Source: a virus (Duplodnaviria; Caudoviricetes). Taken from it: a stretch of DNA of 62,436 nucleotides. The stretch lies in the IMG/VR virus record IMGVR_UViG_3300023440_000005, positions 1-62,436 of that record; one strand, 5' to 3'. The position numbers and the translations under genes are program-made. Below are positions 10,964 through 20,784 of the stretch, one piece after another. The notes under the pieces are model-generated. The model was not told the origin of the DNA. It did no database searches and saw only the letters and a program-made list of their open reading frames with translations. Position 1 is the first letter of the stretch, and every line of letters starts with the position of its first letter.

Positions 10964-11608
10964 TTAGAAGGGTATGTCATCATCAAACGTCACTTCTGTT
11001 TTTGCATTGTTTGCAATAGGCGTATTAGGCTTAGTCCTATTATACACCCCTTTCTCTCTAAATGCCGCACATAATCCTCCATAAACTCTATCTAGGAATG
11101 TTATTAGTGCCAAGGTATGTCGTTTTGAACCTTCAGTTTTAGACATCTGGGACCCATCCGCCATAGTAACAGCATGAAAGAACGATAGTGTAGATTCAAA
11201 TTTGAGTTTAGGTCTGTTACCATCATTAGATAATAGACTTATCCAACAAATTCCCTCAGCATCTTTACCTAATAACACTGAGGTCATAACTGTAAGATCA
11301 CCTTTCACACCATCTACAGTAGGTCTAAACTTACATTCGACCTTGACTTTATTATCATTAGGACCATTTACAATTTCTCTCCATATATCTAGTAATACAA
11401 AAAAGGACTCCGGATCAAATGCTGCATAAATAATACCATATCGTTCCGTATCATCTGGATCGTTAGTGTATACTGTAATCCTAGGACAACTATCCCTAAT
11501 GCAAAAACATAATTTAGCAGCTTTTGCATTAGGTTTATTTTTAGGTCTAGTCCACATCGTAAATCTAGATAGTTCTTTTATTTCAACTGCTTTATTATCA
11601 TCTGCCAT
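10964..11608 (-). CDS. chmC: ChmC/Imp6-like nucleic-acid-binding protein (phiKZ gp67 position) with SSB-type acidic tail
   Basis: Immediately upstream of the gp68-like gene; PRITVYTN motif; ends TFDDDIPF. Confidence 0.6.
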   Translation of the reverse strand: MADDNKAVEIKELSRFTMWTRPKNKPNAKAAKLCFCIRDSCPRITVYTNDPDDTERYGIIYAAFDPESFFVLLDIWREIVNGPNDNKVKVECKFRPTVDGVKGDLTVMTSVLLGKDAEGICWISLLSNDGNRPKLKFESTLSFFHAVTMADGSQMSKTEGSKRHTLALITFLDRVYGGLCAAFREKGVYNRTKPNTPIANNAKTEVTFDDDIPF

Positions 11609-11612
11609 TATT

Positions 11613-12467
11613 CTATATTCTCATTAAAGTGGTGATTAAAAAAGGATCTTGCAATTTAACTTTTAAATCTAATCGTATTTTAGCCTCTGTTGTAGCTGCA
11701 GTCCAGTTTGAGTCTTTAGCTATTTTTAATATCTCATTCCGTATAACATTAGGATACGGGTTTATTATGACTCTATCCCCAAAGACCACCAGCAACATCT
11801 TATTAAAGGGTATATTATTTATATACTCACCATTGACTTTAGCATATTTTGTACTCCAGGTATTTGGTGTTTTAAGCCTACCAGTATTGGACTCCAATAG
11901 ATCCATACTCTTATATTTCCCATAGTCAATTAAGTCTATTGGCATATGAGTGTGTATAAGAACTGAACCACGGGTTTTCTCATTTAAGGTGCTATTATAC
12001 CTATTAATAGATAGATCGTCTAGCTTTTTAATAAGTTTTCTATATCTATTATAAAAATCCTGTTGTAAAATAGTTTTGGGATGTTTAACTATGGCACTCT
12101 TACACCAACTCCCGACCCAAACATCCTGATATGTCATAGTGTAAAAGATCGGTTTGATAATATCATTACCTTCTTGATCAAATAAACTATATATTACATC
12201 TATCTCTTGTCTTAAGGTATCGGCTAAATCTTCTATACTAGTTGATTGTACATCAATACTTTTCATACTACCAACTAGATTACGATAAAGTGTAAAAACG
12301 TTAATGAAAACATCATTGTACTTTTTGAGATTCACTTTGTTAGGTACCATCCTACTGGAATCATATGGTGCCTCTCTAGGACTAAATAAACTCTCGAAAG
12401 CTAAACCCGTGCCAATGCTTAAGGGAAATGATGAGGTGTTACGATCCGATAAAGCGTTATATTTCAT
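11613..12467 (-). CDS. Conserved jumbo-phage protein (phiKZ gp66 position), possibly a 5'-3' nuclease-like fold
   Basis: 284 aa; FPLSIGT.LA.ES, INVFTLYRN, LLESNTG, VFGD; overlaps the SbcD stop. Confidence 0.6.
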   Translation of the reverse strand: MKYNALSDRNTSSFPLSIGTGLAFESLFSPREAPYDSSRMVPNKVNLKKYNDVFINVFTLYRNLVGSMKSIDVQSTSIEDLADTLRQEIDVIYSLFDQEGNDIIKPIFYTMTYQDVWVGSWCKSAIVKHPKTILQQDFYNRYRKLIKKLDDLSINRYNSTLNEKTRGSVLIHTHMPIDLIDYGKYKSMDLLESNTGRLKTPNTWSTKYAKVNGEYINNIPFNKMLLVVFGDRVIINPYPNVIRNEILKIAKDSNWTAATTEAKIRLDLKVKLQDPFLITTLMRI

Positions 12468-13584
12468 TATGTACCTCCTTAAGCTCCTGTTCTATAATTG
12501 AGACTTCACTATCGTTTAAATCATACTTATCTACCATACTCCCTTTAAGAAGTTTAAGTATGTTATCGGATGTTATGGTTATGGGTTTATATTCTAAGGT
12601 AGTTAATGTAGTCTTTACAACATCACCTGTCTCCACCAACACCTTAGAAAATGTATACATTGGATACTTTAATCGTATCTCATCTAACGAACTATATATA
12701 TGATTATCTCTAGTAGCTTTTATTCTCACATAACTATTATGAGGTATATTAGCTAACTGTTTCTTTAACGACCTGAGAGCTTTATCAGTATCTTTAAATC
12801 TTATATTAATAGTCTTATAGATCTTACTATTTTTATTATGTATGAAGTAGTATCTAGGATTAGGTCCTATGTGTACTAAGATAGCACCCTTATCCTCCTC
12901 CTCCCCATGGGAAAGTCTATCAAAACTACCTTGGGCTAATATACGTTTATACGTACTAAAAGTATGAAAATGTCCTATATTTATGAAGTATTTAACTATA
13001 TTAAGATATGCAGCTTCACTATGGGTATCTATTCTATCATGGAGATTGCCTACTTGATATTTAAAACATCCATGCATAATAGCTATATCTACCTCTTCTA
13101 TACCAACTTTATTTAAGGCTTCCTTAACATGTTCAAAAGTAAGTTCTGTTTTAGCAGTCCACTCATCAGGGACATATAAAACAGTTAGACTTATATCTTC
13201 AATAACCTCTATATGTAACGTATCTATATAGCGTATATCGACATCTTTAAATGATAACTCCGCCATTGTAGTCACAATCCTAGACTGTTTCCAATCATGA
13301 CTAGGAGTGCCCTCTAAAACCCGTAGTTTTATATTATACCGTTTACAGAATGACATAAGTCTAAATAACCATATAGTAACTGCGTGGCTATCATAACTAT
13401 TGAAATCTAAAAGTCTATCAAACATATCTCCGGCTATAAATATAAGATCCAGTGTGGTATATGGTGAACTTTCTGTAAAGTTATTAAAGAAGTCATTGAA
13501 GTGATTTATTATCTCCTCAGTACTAGTTTTCTTATGTCCAAAATGTATATCTGATACTACCAAGTACGATAGATCCTTAGTCAT
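12457..13584 (-). CDS. sbcD: SbcD/Mre11-like metallophosphoesterase nuclease
   Basis: SDIHFG, AGDMFDR, GTPSHD, IMHG, IGHFH, QGSFDRL motifs. Confidence 0.9.
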   Translation of the reverse strand: MTKDLSYLVVSDIHFGHKKTSTEEIINHFNDFFNNFTESSPYTTLDLIFIAGDMFDRLLDFNSYDSHAVTIWLFRLMSFCKRYNIKLRVLEGTPSHDWKQSRIVTTMAELSFKDVDIRYIDTLHIEVIEDISLTVLYVPDEWTAKTELTFEHVKEALNKVGIEEVDIAIMHGCFKYQVGNLHDRIDTHSEAAYLNIVKYFINIGHFHTFSTYKRILAQGSFDRLSHGEEEDKGAILVHIGPNPRYYFIHNKNSKIYKTINIRFKDTDKALRSLKKQLANIPHNSYVRIKATRDNHIYSSLDEIRLKYPMYTFSKVLVETGDVVKTTLTTLEYKPITITSDNILKLLKGSMVDKYDLNDSEVSIIEQELKEVHNEI

Positions 13585-14146
13585 ACTCGATATCCAAATC
13601 TATACTAGGTATGTCTTTGGTATTATTAGGACTAAGATATCCATAACGGTCTAATATAGTATTCCATGTAAGTATGCTATTGACCCCTATAGCATCATGC
13701 TCACCTATAGCTTGTATCTTTTTATTCAACTCCCCATTAAGATATTTATCAGCTATTATAGGTAATGCTTTAAGCTGTAGCTCATATTGGGAGATTATAT
13801 CACTGAATGATTCGCCTGGTTCACGTTTTGACGTGTCGATTATCCCAGTATGATATAGGGATGGCGTAATAAAGAGAACTTCGGAAGTAATATCATCCAA
13901 TATCTCTATTTCGGAAGTGGGCGAGCCGGCTATGGTCACCCACTCTGATAATACCTCAATACCTTCTGGGATAGGTGTCATCCCGGTTAGGTATGGGAGA
14001 AAATAATTTATAAATAAATTCTCAGACATTTTACCCCTAGGTCTATTAACTACTAGCTGGTTATAAAAATCATCAGCTTCAGACTTGAGTTTAACTATAA
14101 GTTGTTTTCTTATAACGTTGTCATTCATATCAGTTTCTTCACTCAT
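13577..14146 (-). CDS. Conserved hypothetical protein
   Basis: 189-aa ORF coupled to both neighbours. Confidence 0.65.
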   Translation of the reverse strand: MSEETDMNDNVIRKQLIVKLKSEADDFYNQLVVNRPRGKMSENLFINYFLPYLTGMTPIPEGIEVLSEWVTIAGSPTSEIEILDDITSEVLFITPSLYHTGIIDTSKREPGESFSDIISQYELQLKALPIIADKYLNGELNKKIQAIGEHDAIGVNSILTWNTILDRYGYLSPNNTKDIPSIDLDIEYD

Positions 14147-14556
14147 TTTGCACCATTATTTAAAGAAATAATCTTATTTATTTTACTATCTGTTATATCT
14201 ATTAATTTAGATATATCGTAGGAAACTCCAGACTTATCTACAAATGATAGGTAAATACTTATACTAGCATGTGAAATATCTTCATTATTAGATACTTCGC
14301 TAACCTCTACTACTACATTATCAAAGTATCTATTAAAATAGATACTTAACGTTGATTGGACTAATTGTATTGTATCATTTATATTCTTTTGTGTATGTTG
14401 TATGATCCAAGGTAATGATGAAATATTATCTTGATATATATACGATTGACTATAATCTGATGTAAAAAAATGACTAAGTAGGTAATCTGCTAATCGCATA
14501 CTATTATCTATCCACCCATCATCACTTAATGATGGTAATGGTTTATTGGTTATCAT
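14143..14556 (-). CDS. Conserved protein, possibly a T4 gp25-like baseplate/sheath initiator; start probably MITNK (14556)
   Basis: GGAG precedes the ATG at 14556, whereas the longer start at 14580 lies inside a palindrome; LPSLS..GW, SDYSQS, YFNRYFD.V.V pattern. Confidence 0.5.
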   Translation of the reverse strand: MITNKPLPSLSDDGWIDNSMRLADYLLSHFFTSDYSQSYIYQDNISSLPWIIQHTQKNINDTIQLVQSTLSIYFNRYFDNVVVEVSEVSNNEDISHASISIYLSFVDKSGVSYDISKLIDITDSKINKIISLNNGAK

Positions 14557-14571
14557 AATAACTCCTAAATA

Positions 14572-14601
14572 CCCACACAACTTTAATTAAAGTTGTGTGG
14601 G
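14572..14601. terminator. Perfect 30-bp palindrome
   Basis: CCCACACAACTTTAA/TTAAAGTTGTGTGGG just after the stop of 14611..15225. Confidence 0.6.
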
Positions 14602-14610
14602 ATGCTACTT

Positions 14611-15225
14611 TTAAGCTAGTATATCAGTAGGATCTTCCCCTGCCTCTAAACATATTCTAGCCAGTTCCCAAGTGTTAATAATGTCAACTTTATTATCTAG
14701 AGTTAACTCATCAACCTCCCCATCTAACGTATCGTGAATATAACTATTCATAACCCAATGATCATTATTAATTACTATCATACCATCCATAACACGCCTA
14801 TAGTCATAATGACTATCTGCGAATGCTAGTGGAAAGTTATCAATATAGGAATCGCTATAACCATCTATTCGTTGATTATGATATGCCTTACGAATAGATG
14901 GTTCGGCCATCATATATCTTTGCATTATACCTTGAGCATTTCGTACCTCCTCTATTGTATCCATTTCATAAATGGCATTAGGCTGTCTCTTACCCACAGT
15001 CTTCCTTAACACCATACGAGCTGCATTTATTGCAGCACTATTATTAATCAATGCATACTGCTCTGATGCAGACTGCATGAAACTCCTACCCGCATCAGTT
15101 AATCTCGTGGATATGTTAGCAATATTATCGTTAATATATCCTACTACACTAGAGGGTACTTCCGGTAGTGCCAGATAATTAAATGATCTAGGATCATCTG
15201 CAAGTATAACATTTACTATAGCCAT
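14611..15225 (-). CDS. Conserved core protein (phiKZ gp59/Imp3-like position)
   Basis: 204 aa; MQRYMMAEP.IR..Y....DGYS, YDYRRVMDG, C-terminal DPT; follows the beta' gene. Confidence 0.6.
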   Translation of the reverse strand: MAIVNVILADDPRSFNYLALPEVPSSVVGYINDNIANISTRLTDAGRSFMQSASEQYALINNSAAINAARMVLRKTVGKRQPNAIYEMDTIEEVRNAQGIMQRYMMAEPSIRKAYHNQRIDGYSDSYIDNFPLAFADSHYDYRRVMDGMIVINNDHWVMNSYIHDTLDGEVDELTLDNKVDIINTWELARICLEAGEDPTDILA

Positions 15226-15243
15226 TTTTAACCACCTTTTTAT

Positions 15244-16656
15244 CTAAAAATTTAACCATTGAGAGGTAGATGCAACTACCGATTTTGACAGGTTTAGATT
15301 GTTACTTGCTTTGTGCGGTTTGTCCATTAGTAACATATTAAACTTAGGATCAAATGGGTACATCAGATCTTTCATTATCTTATCTGGACAAAGTGAGAAG
15401 TAAATGGCGTCTCCATCATAATCAGCATTCAAGGATCTTGTATTAAGTATATTAAGTGATAAGGTTGGATCCCTAGGATCTGTTTTAATTTTACCTAACT
15501 TCATCCTTAAAATGGACCCTTGTAATAATGATGGATTCCTACCTATCAGAAAATATAATGGTTCTCCAGGTATGGAATATAAACTCTTAAGTATGCCATC
15601 TAATACCTCATCATATATATTTATAGCAGTGAAAATCTTATTTAAAGCCCCATTATGACTATATCCTAACCTCATCAATTTATTAATTAAATAAGGTCTG
15701 AATATAACTAAAGATACACCCCATGGTAAATGTATATCATTGTAGTCGTGGTGACCCACCAAGTTAGTCACCACGGCTCTCCCGGATAAATTGGTGCGTG
15801 TACCATATACATGCCCTCTAAAAATCCGTCGTTTTTGATTAAGCTTCTCCTTAAAAAATAGACTATAATATCCACATAATAGATCTAACGATCTAAATGT
15901 TCGATTCTGCTTTACCATCGGTTTAATGGTATCTAGGTTATCTATGCCAGTTAACATCTGAATGGCATCAATAGCCATGATTACTATCTTATCGGTAGAT
16001 ACTCCAAATGGGGTCTTTTCTATAATAAGAACGTTTCTATTAGGCAAGGGTAAATGGTTAGTAAATATCTTATCACGATCCCTAAGTATTAACTCCTTAA
16101 GACTATCTTTAACACCATACTTAAGTCTAAATTCCTTCATGCCTAATAATACTTCTATAATAGAATCAAAATTAGTTATGAAATTATTATAACCCCTGTC
16201 AAAATTTTGTTCCCTTACCTTAGTTAGTAATTCTCTAGCAGCTTTACTATTAGACTTAACCCTATATGACGTATCCATCAAATAGTTCATTACACTAAAG
16301 CCTGATTTTGTAAACCTCTCCTTTAACATAATGAGTATTATAGGAGATATTAACTTATCTATTCCCTCTGGCTTATTAACCCATAATAGGGAATAGATAT
16401 TAGATTCTATGGGAGATAAGACTTCCATATTACAATTGGGGCATATGGTATTAACTGAGAATACCCCTTTCGTAGACCCACACCCACAAGTGGGTATAAG
16501 CGATACATTATCACTAGTATAATACGTTGATACTATATTACTTATTTGCTCTCTCTCCTCATTATCTTTACCCTCTAAATTGTTAATTATAACTGGGGGA
16601 TATGGGAGGTTTTCAAAAACCTCCTCTAAATTAATCAATTTTTGGAATATGGGCAT
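15244..16656 (-). CDS. Non-virion RNA polymerase beta' subunit, N-terminal/catalytic part (phiKZ gp55-56.1-like), uninterrupted
   Basis: Zn finger CGCG...CPNC, FRGHVYGTR, GRAVV, GRNPSL, catalytic NADYDGD. Confidence 0.93.
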   Translation of the reverse strand: MPIFQKLINLEEVFENLPYPPVIINNLEGKDNEEREQISNIVSTYYTSDNVSLIPTCGCGSTKGVFSVNTICPNCNMEVLSPIESNIYSLLWVNKPEGIDKLISPIILIMLKERFTKSGFSVMNYLMDTSYRVKSNSKAARELLTKVREQNFDRGYNNFITNFDSIIEVLLGMKEFRLKYGVKDSLKELILRDRDKIFTNHLPLPNRNVLIIEKTPFGVSTDKIVIMAIDAIQMLTGIDNLDTIKPMVKQNRTFRSLDLLCGYYSLFFKEKLNQKRRIFRGHVYGTRTNLSGRAVVTNLVGHHDYNDIHLPWGVSLVIFRPYLINKLMRLGYSHNGALNKIFTAINIYDEVLDGILKSLYSIPGEPLYFLIGRNPSLLQGSILRMKLGKIKTDPRDPTLSLNILNTRSLNADYDGDAIYFSLCPDKIMKDLMYPFDPKFNMLLMDKPHKASNNLNLSKSVVASTSQWLNF

Positions 16657-16658
16657 AA

Positions 16659-16814
16659 CTACTGCCCTCTTAAGGGTTCTGAAGATATCTTCAGAAGTCC
16701 TTCATCCCAGAATTCCTTAGCTACTGACATAATAGCCTTAGACGACGCCTCTGACTTAACTATAACCTCACGCTCACCTTTCTTGGTGACTACTACTACT
16801 TTAAAATTTAACAT
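16659..16814 (-). CDS. Small 51-aa protein missing from the ORF track (MLNFKVVVVTKKGEREV...PLRGQ)
   Basis: Hand translation; GGAG RBS at 16821-16824; promoter module upstream; stop lies 2 nt before the beta' ATG. Confidence 0.7.
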   Translation of the reverse strand: MLNFKVVVVTKKGEREVIVKSEASSKAIMSVAKEFWDEGLLKISSEPLRGQ

Positions 16815-16843
16815 ATTTCTCTCCTTTTTTTTATTTAAATGGT

Positions 16844-16875
16844 TGATAATACTACTATCATATACAGTATATATG
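16844..16875 (-). promoter_or_regulatory. Putative early promoter plus 5' hairpin module
   Basis: tgata-atactac-tatca-tatacagtatatatg. Confidence 0.55.
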
Positions 16876-16974
16876 ACTGTATAATAATGATCATATCCTA
16901 AACCATTACGTTACGGCGATTGTAAAAGTTAGGTATAACTATTTAATAAACCCCTACATTAAAAAAAAGATAGT

Positions 16975-17009
16975 ATACACCTCAACATCATAAAGATGTT
17001 GAGGTGTAT
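16975..17009 (-). terminator. Intrinsic terminator after chmA
   Basis: 15-bp stem ATACACCTCAACATC/GATGTTGAGGTGTAT, followed closely by a T-run on the - strand. Confidence 0.75.
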
Positions 17010-17027
17010 GTTAGTTATAACAATATA

Positions 17028-18980
17028 TTAGTATCGGTTATGATAGTTAGCACCTTGGTAATAGGGGTGGTTATTACCGTACACTGGGGGTGCTTTAAAA
17101 TGAGCTCCAGGTTGTACTAGTGCTGAATTAATAAACTCAGCAGATACATGTCTATTTGACAATCCTTCAATACCTACAGAACTATTCACCTTAAAAGGTA
17201 CCCCAGTTTCACGAATACTATTAGACATTGCATTTATAAACTCTGCAGTGAACGTTATACGCTGAGAGTAGCCGGTATACACCGCCGTTTCATTAGTAAA
17301 TGCAGATATCATTCTACGTCTGGCATCTAACTTTATCGATGACGTTACATCATTATCGATATCACCTTCATTAATAAATGTATCTGACCATTCATGTATG
17401 AAATTAGGTTCCTTAGCCATAACTAGATTACACACTGCTAAATAATCAATATCCCGTATATCTCTAACATCACCATCCTTATCAGTCCAATAACCGTTAT
17501 GGATTCGATTATTACTATCTAGAAACATATTAGAACCTCTGGGGAAATACTTGGCAAAACTCCCATTGGTAAGTTCCAACATACTGTCATAGATAATGTT
17601 GTAAGCTATATTACTACCATTACTGGCAGCTGAGAAAACCGAGGTGTACCAAGTCTGCGCTGCAGCTTCTGGACAATCCATAGAAATAATTAACCCTTGA
17701 CAGATTAAAGATGAAACCAATCCACCTAAATCCTCCAACTTAAAATCATTGGCATTGGTATCAATTCGGGTTCCCCACATACCAGGTTCGTTATAAACAT
17801 TACCCGGTATGTTTAAAGCTCCAATATCACCCAGATTGATTTTATTCTCGCCTACTGACATATTAGGTTTAAATACCTGCATCCAATTATTATCATAACT
17901 TAATGATAGCGCAGTATATATATTTAGCAACATGGAACCTACAGTATAACTGTAGTTAGATCCTAGATTAGTAATTACTAATCTAGCCGCAAACTTCTGG
18001 GTATTAGGATTACCCATACCAGACTGCTGATACTGTTGCTGATACCTATTAACTCTAGTCTCTTGAGTGGGGACCAAATCGATATAGGCTGATAATTCAG
18101 ACACCTTAACCTCATTATCAGAACTATTTACTGAGGTTTGAGTATTACGTGCATTCAAATTATTGTATCGTTTTGATTCAAATGATACTAAGACATCAGA
18201 TCTCATCTTACTACCAACAGCATCTTCTACCTGTAGCTTGTTAAATATAGTGTTTACTAGTAGTGTACTATCCTTATCTATAAAGGCTAGGTTGATATCC
18301 GTAAACCCACTACGAGTAGACTCCAATTCCGTGCCTAAAGCTAATCCAGCATTTAATGCTAATCTATGTATTGCAAATTTATCTTCTACCTGACCTCTTG
18401 GAACTACACAACCATCAGTCAGCAGGCGTCTACTGTTAGGGAAAGCTTTCCCTACCTTAGCATCGGCTTTATTGATTAGGATATCATCCATAGCATCGCC
18501 TGTAACTCGAATCACCTCAACTGGATGATCCCCCATATGTCTAACTATAGGCTTTAATACCTCACCAGTTGACTCTATAATTAAAATATGATATGCTACA
18601 GGACCGTTAGGTCCATCTTCTTTATTACGCATCGCTACAATAATGCTTGAAAAAGCTAATGCCTTATCATTGTTATTGTCTAAATCTAACAGGGCTATTT
18701 CAATATGTGGATCTACCACATCCTTATATAGTTCAGCAAGACCGTCTTTTAATTTGGAATATGCCTCGGATCCTATTGATCTACTAATGGGTGCTGCGAA
18801 TAAACCCCCATTATGGAATGAGGTTCTATCTCTAACTGGAGCATCATATGTATCTTGACGTTGCTGGTTAGATTGCTGGTTAGATTGCTGGTTAGATTGC
18901 TGATTAGATTGCTGGTTAGATTGCTGGTTAGATTGCTGGTTAGATTGCTGGTTAGATGTACCTTCTTTAATTATGGCCAT
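17028..18980 (-). CDS. chmA: Chimallin, the major phage nuclear shell protein (phiKZ gp54-like)
   Basis: 650 aa upstream of the nvRNAP beta' N-terminal gene; family-like segments LAFSSIIV, VEDAVG..MRSDV, DIGALN, RIHNGYW.D..G..RDIRDIDYLAV, YTGYSQRITF. Confidence 0.85.
   Translation of the reverse strand: MAIIKEGTSNQQSNQQSNQQSNQQSNQQSNQQSNQQSNQQRQDTYDAPVRDRTSFHNGGLFAAPISRSIGSEAYSKLKDGLAELYKDVVDPHIEIALLDLDNNNDKALAFSSIIVAMRNKEDGPNGPVAYHILIIESTGEVLKPIVRHMGDHPVEVIRVTGDAMDDILINKADAKVGKAFPNSRRLLTDGCVVPRGQVEDKFAIHRLALNAGLALGTELESTRSGFTDINLAFIDKDSTLLVNTIFNKLQVEDAVGSKMRSDVLVSFESKRYNNLNARNTQTSVNSSDNEVKVSELSAYIDLVPTQETRVNRYQQQYQQSGMGNPNTQKFAARLVITNLGSNYSYTVGSMLLNIYTALSLSYDNNWMQVFKPNMSVGENKINLGDIGALNIPGNVYNEPGMWGTRIDTNANDFKLEDLGGLVSSLICQGLIISMDCPEAAAQTWYTSVFSAASNGSNIAYNIIYDSMLELTNGSFAKYFPRGSNMFLDSNNRIHNGYWTDKDGDVRDIRDIDYLAVCNLVMAKEPNFIHEWSDTFINEGDIDNDVTSSIKLDARRRMISAFTNETAVYTGYSQRITFTAEFINAMSNSIRETGVPFKVNSSVGIEGLSNRHVSAEFINSALVQPGAHFKAPPVYGNNHPYYQGANYHNRY
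18861..18956 (-). repeat. 12-nt tandem repeat x8 encoding (SNQQ)8 at the chimallin N-terminus
   Basis: ttgctggttaga x8 with one substitution. Confidence 0.95.
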
Positions 18981-19069
18981 TGTTTTTTTCCTTACTGTAT
19001 TTTACAGCATTATTAGTTATCAGTTATTTCAAAATAAGACGTATAGTTATATATACCTAGCTAGATATA

Positions 19070-19106
19070 CGATAGTATCACTACTATCGAGTATAGTATA
19101 TATAAC
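19070..19106 (-). promoter_or_regulatory. Putative early promoter plus 5' hairpin module for chmA
   Basis: cgatagta-tcac-tactatcg-agtatagtatatataac; a second promoter-like copy lies at 19041-19056. Confidence 0.65.
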
Positions 19107-19188
19107 TATAATTTTTTAACTATACCCTATCGTTAAGTCTACAACGTGTTTCACGTTGTAATATTCTTTACATATCATAAAGGTATAA

Positions 19189-19653
19189 TTATTTTTTTAT
19201 GTATTTAACTACTTTAGTGTCAAATAGATAAAGTATTTCAGATATCATTGGAATTATCTTTTTTGGGTTACCTCCCGCTAAACCACATCCTATAAAAGGT
19301 AAGCCTATTCTGCTACCCATAGGTATGACATCAGCAATCTTATCTAAAGCTTCATGTATGTAGTTGAAGTTGGCTTCAACACCTCCTCGTTTTGACCCAT
19401 ATCCATATTGGGTATATGCATTGAAGACCTGAACATTCTGATTATTAATACTTATATTGGTAGTTGAATACCCTCCTAACTTTGTAATATCCCCTGGTTT
19501 GGTAGTCATGTCAGCTTTCAATATACTAGGGTATTTAGTAGCTAGCCTTAAAGCTACACCAGCACCCATAGTACAAAAGCAATTACAACCGTGTATAACA
19601 ACGTCAAATTCATTCATTTGCATCATTTCAATTAGATCACCTTTAACAATCAT
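19189..19653 (-). CDS. Macro domain (ADP-ribose-binding/hydrolase, T4 Tk.4-like) protein
   Basis: KGDL, HGCNCFCTMGAGVA, NAYTQY, PFIGCGLAGG motifs. Confidence 0.9.
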   Translation of the reverse strand: MIVKGDLIEMMQMNEFDVVIHGCNCFCTMGAGVALRLATKYPSILKADMTTKPGDITKLGGYSTTNISINNQNVQVFNAYTQYGYGSKRGGVEANFNYIHEALDKIADVIPMGSRIGLPFIGCGLAGGNPKKIIPMISEILYLFDTKVVKYIKK

Positions 19654-19698
19654 CCTATACCCTCATCATATAGCTACGTTACCGTTAATTAGGAATAA

Positions 19699-20784
19699 AT
19701 GTATATGTATAAAATATTTACTGAGGTGATTACCTCTAATAACTCTATCTCACAACACCCTTCCACATCTTATATCAAAACTAATTATAATAGTGCAATA
19801 TTAACAATTATAGACTATTTCAATCAAGGTAATCATAGAGTTAAAAGTAACCACTTACTATCCAGAATTCTTACTGATGCATATATTCCTTTAGACTACG
19901 ATTTCGATAAGTATATTAACATAGCCTATGCTAGGTCTCCATATGTAGCTAAACTCCATGATATAACATCTGATATAAACTATGGTAAGATACATCATGG
20001 AGTTTTTTATCATAATACTGATGAAATATTGATATATACTGAGAGTTATATATCTACAACTATAGACCTCAATAACTGGTCTAAACTACAGCCTATAACA
20101 GTTATCAAACATAACATATCTGATTTAGGTATGGGTATTCCCGATGGGTCGGATAATACTACAGGCGGTGATGTGGCAGTTCTTTGTATAGATATACCCT
20201 TACTACTGGTCATGTTTAGAGGTTATGGACTATCTCGCATACTTTTGAATAACCCAGTTCAAATATCTAATTTCATAGCATCTTATGTTTTACCCAATAT
20301 ACTTTATAGTCAATCTGAAATAGCCATACTTAATAGGCTTATATATACATATAAAGGCATCCCTCATACCGAAACTACTAAAACCATACCAATCGTACAC
20401 CAAGCTACATTAACATTACAAGATAAGTTAGATAGATTAATTAAGTTTACTTTAAACCATATAGTTAACTCACCTATACGGTATGAGAGTCTTTTAAGCA
20501 ACATAATAAGTTTAAATCATATAGATATGCAAGATGCTTTAATAATGCCTGATATAGTTAGAACTAGACAGGTATGGTGGGCTTTATATCTAAGTAAATT
20601 ATGGTATATTAAATCTATCATAGATATCGGTGGTGTTAGGGGTATGCGTAAAAATAGGGATCTTATAGCCGATATGCGAATAAACCTCAATCGTATACGT
20701 AATGATAATATATACTCTGCGGTATTAGGTGAGGATCTAGCATATGACGTTAATGAACTTATTAGTGCATTATTAGTTTACTGA
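19699..20784 (+). CDS. Conserved jumbo-phage protein, probably virion structural
   Basis: 361 aa; VKSNHLL.RIL, VLPNIL, TRQVWWAL; counter-oriented between chmA and DNA pol as in phiKZ relatives. Confidence 0.6.
   Translation: MYMYKIFTEVITSNNSISQHPSTSYIKTNYNSAILTIIDYFNQGNHRVKSNHLLSRILTDAYIPLDYDFDKYINIAYARSPYVAKLHDITSDINYGKIHHGVFYHNTDEILIYTESYISTTIDLNNWSKLQPITVIKHNISDLGMGIPDGSDNTTGGDVAVLCIDIPLLLVMFRGYGLSRILLNNPVQISNFIASYVLPNILYSQSEIAILNRLIYTYKGIPHTETTKTIPIVHQATLTLQDKLDRLIKFTLNHIVNSPIRYESLLSNIISLNHIDMQDALIMPDIVRTRQVWWALYLSKLWYIKSIIDIGGVRGMRKNRDLIADMRINLNRIRNDNIYSAVLGEDLAYDVNELISALLVY

Noticed and set aside
16642-16884. Plus-strand 80-aa ORF
   Set aside because: The - strand 51-aa ORF at 16659-16814 has the RBS, promoter and operon orientation
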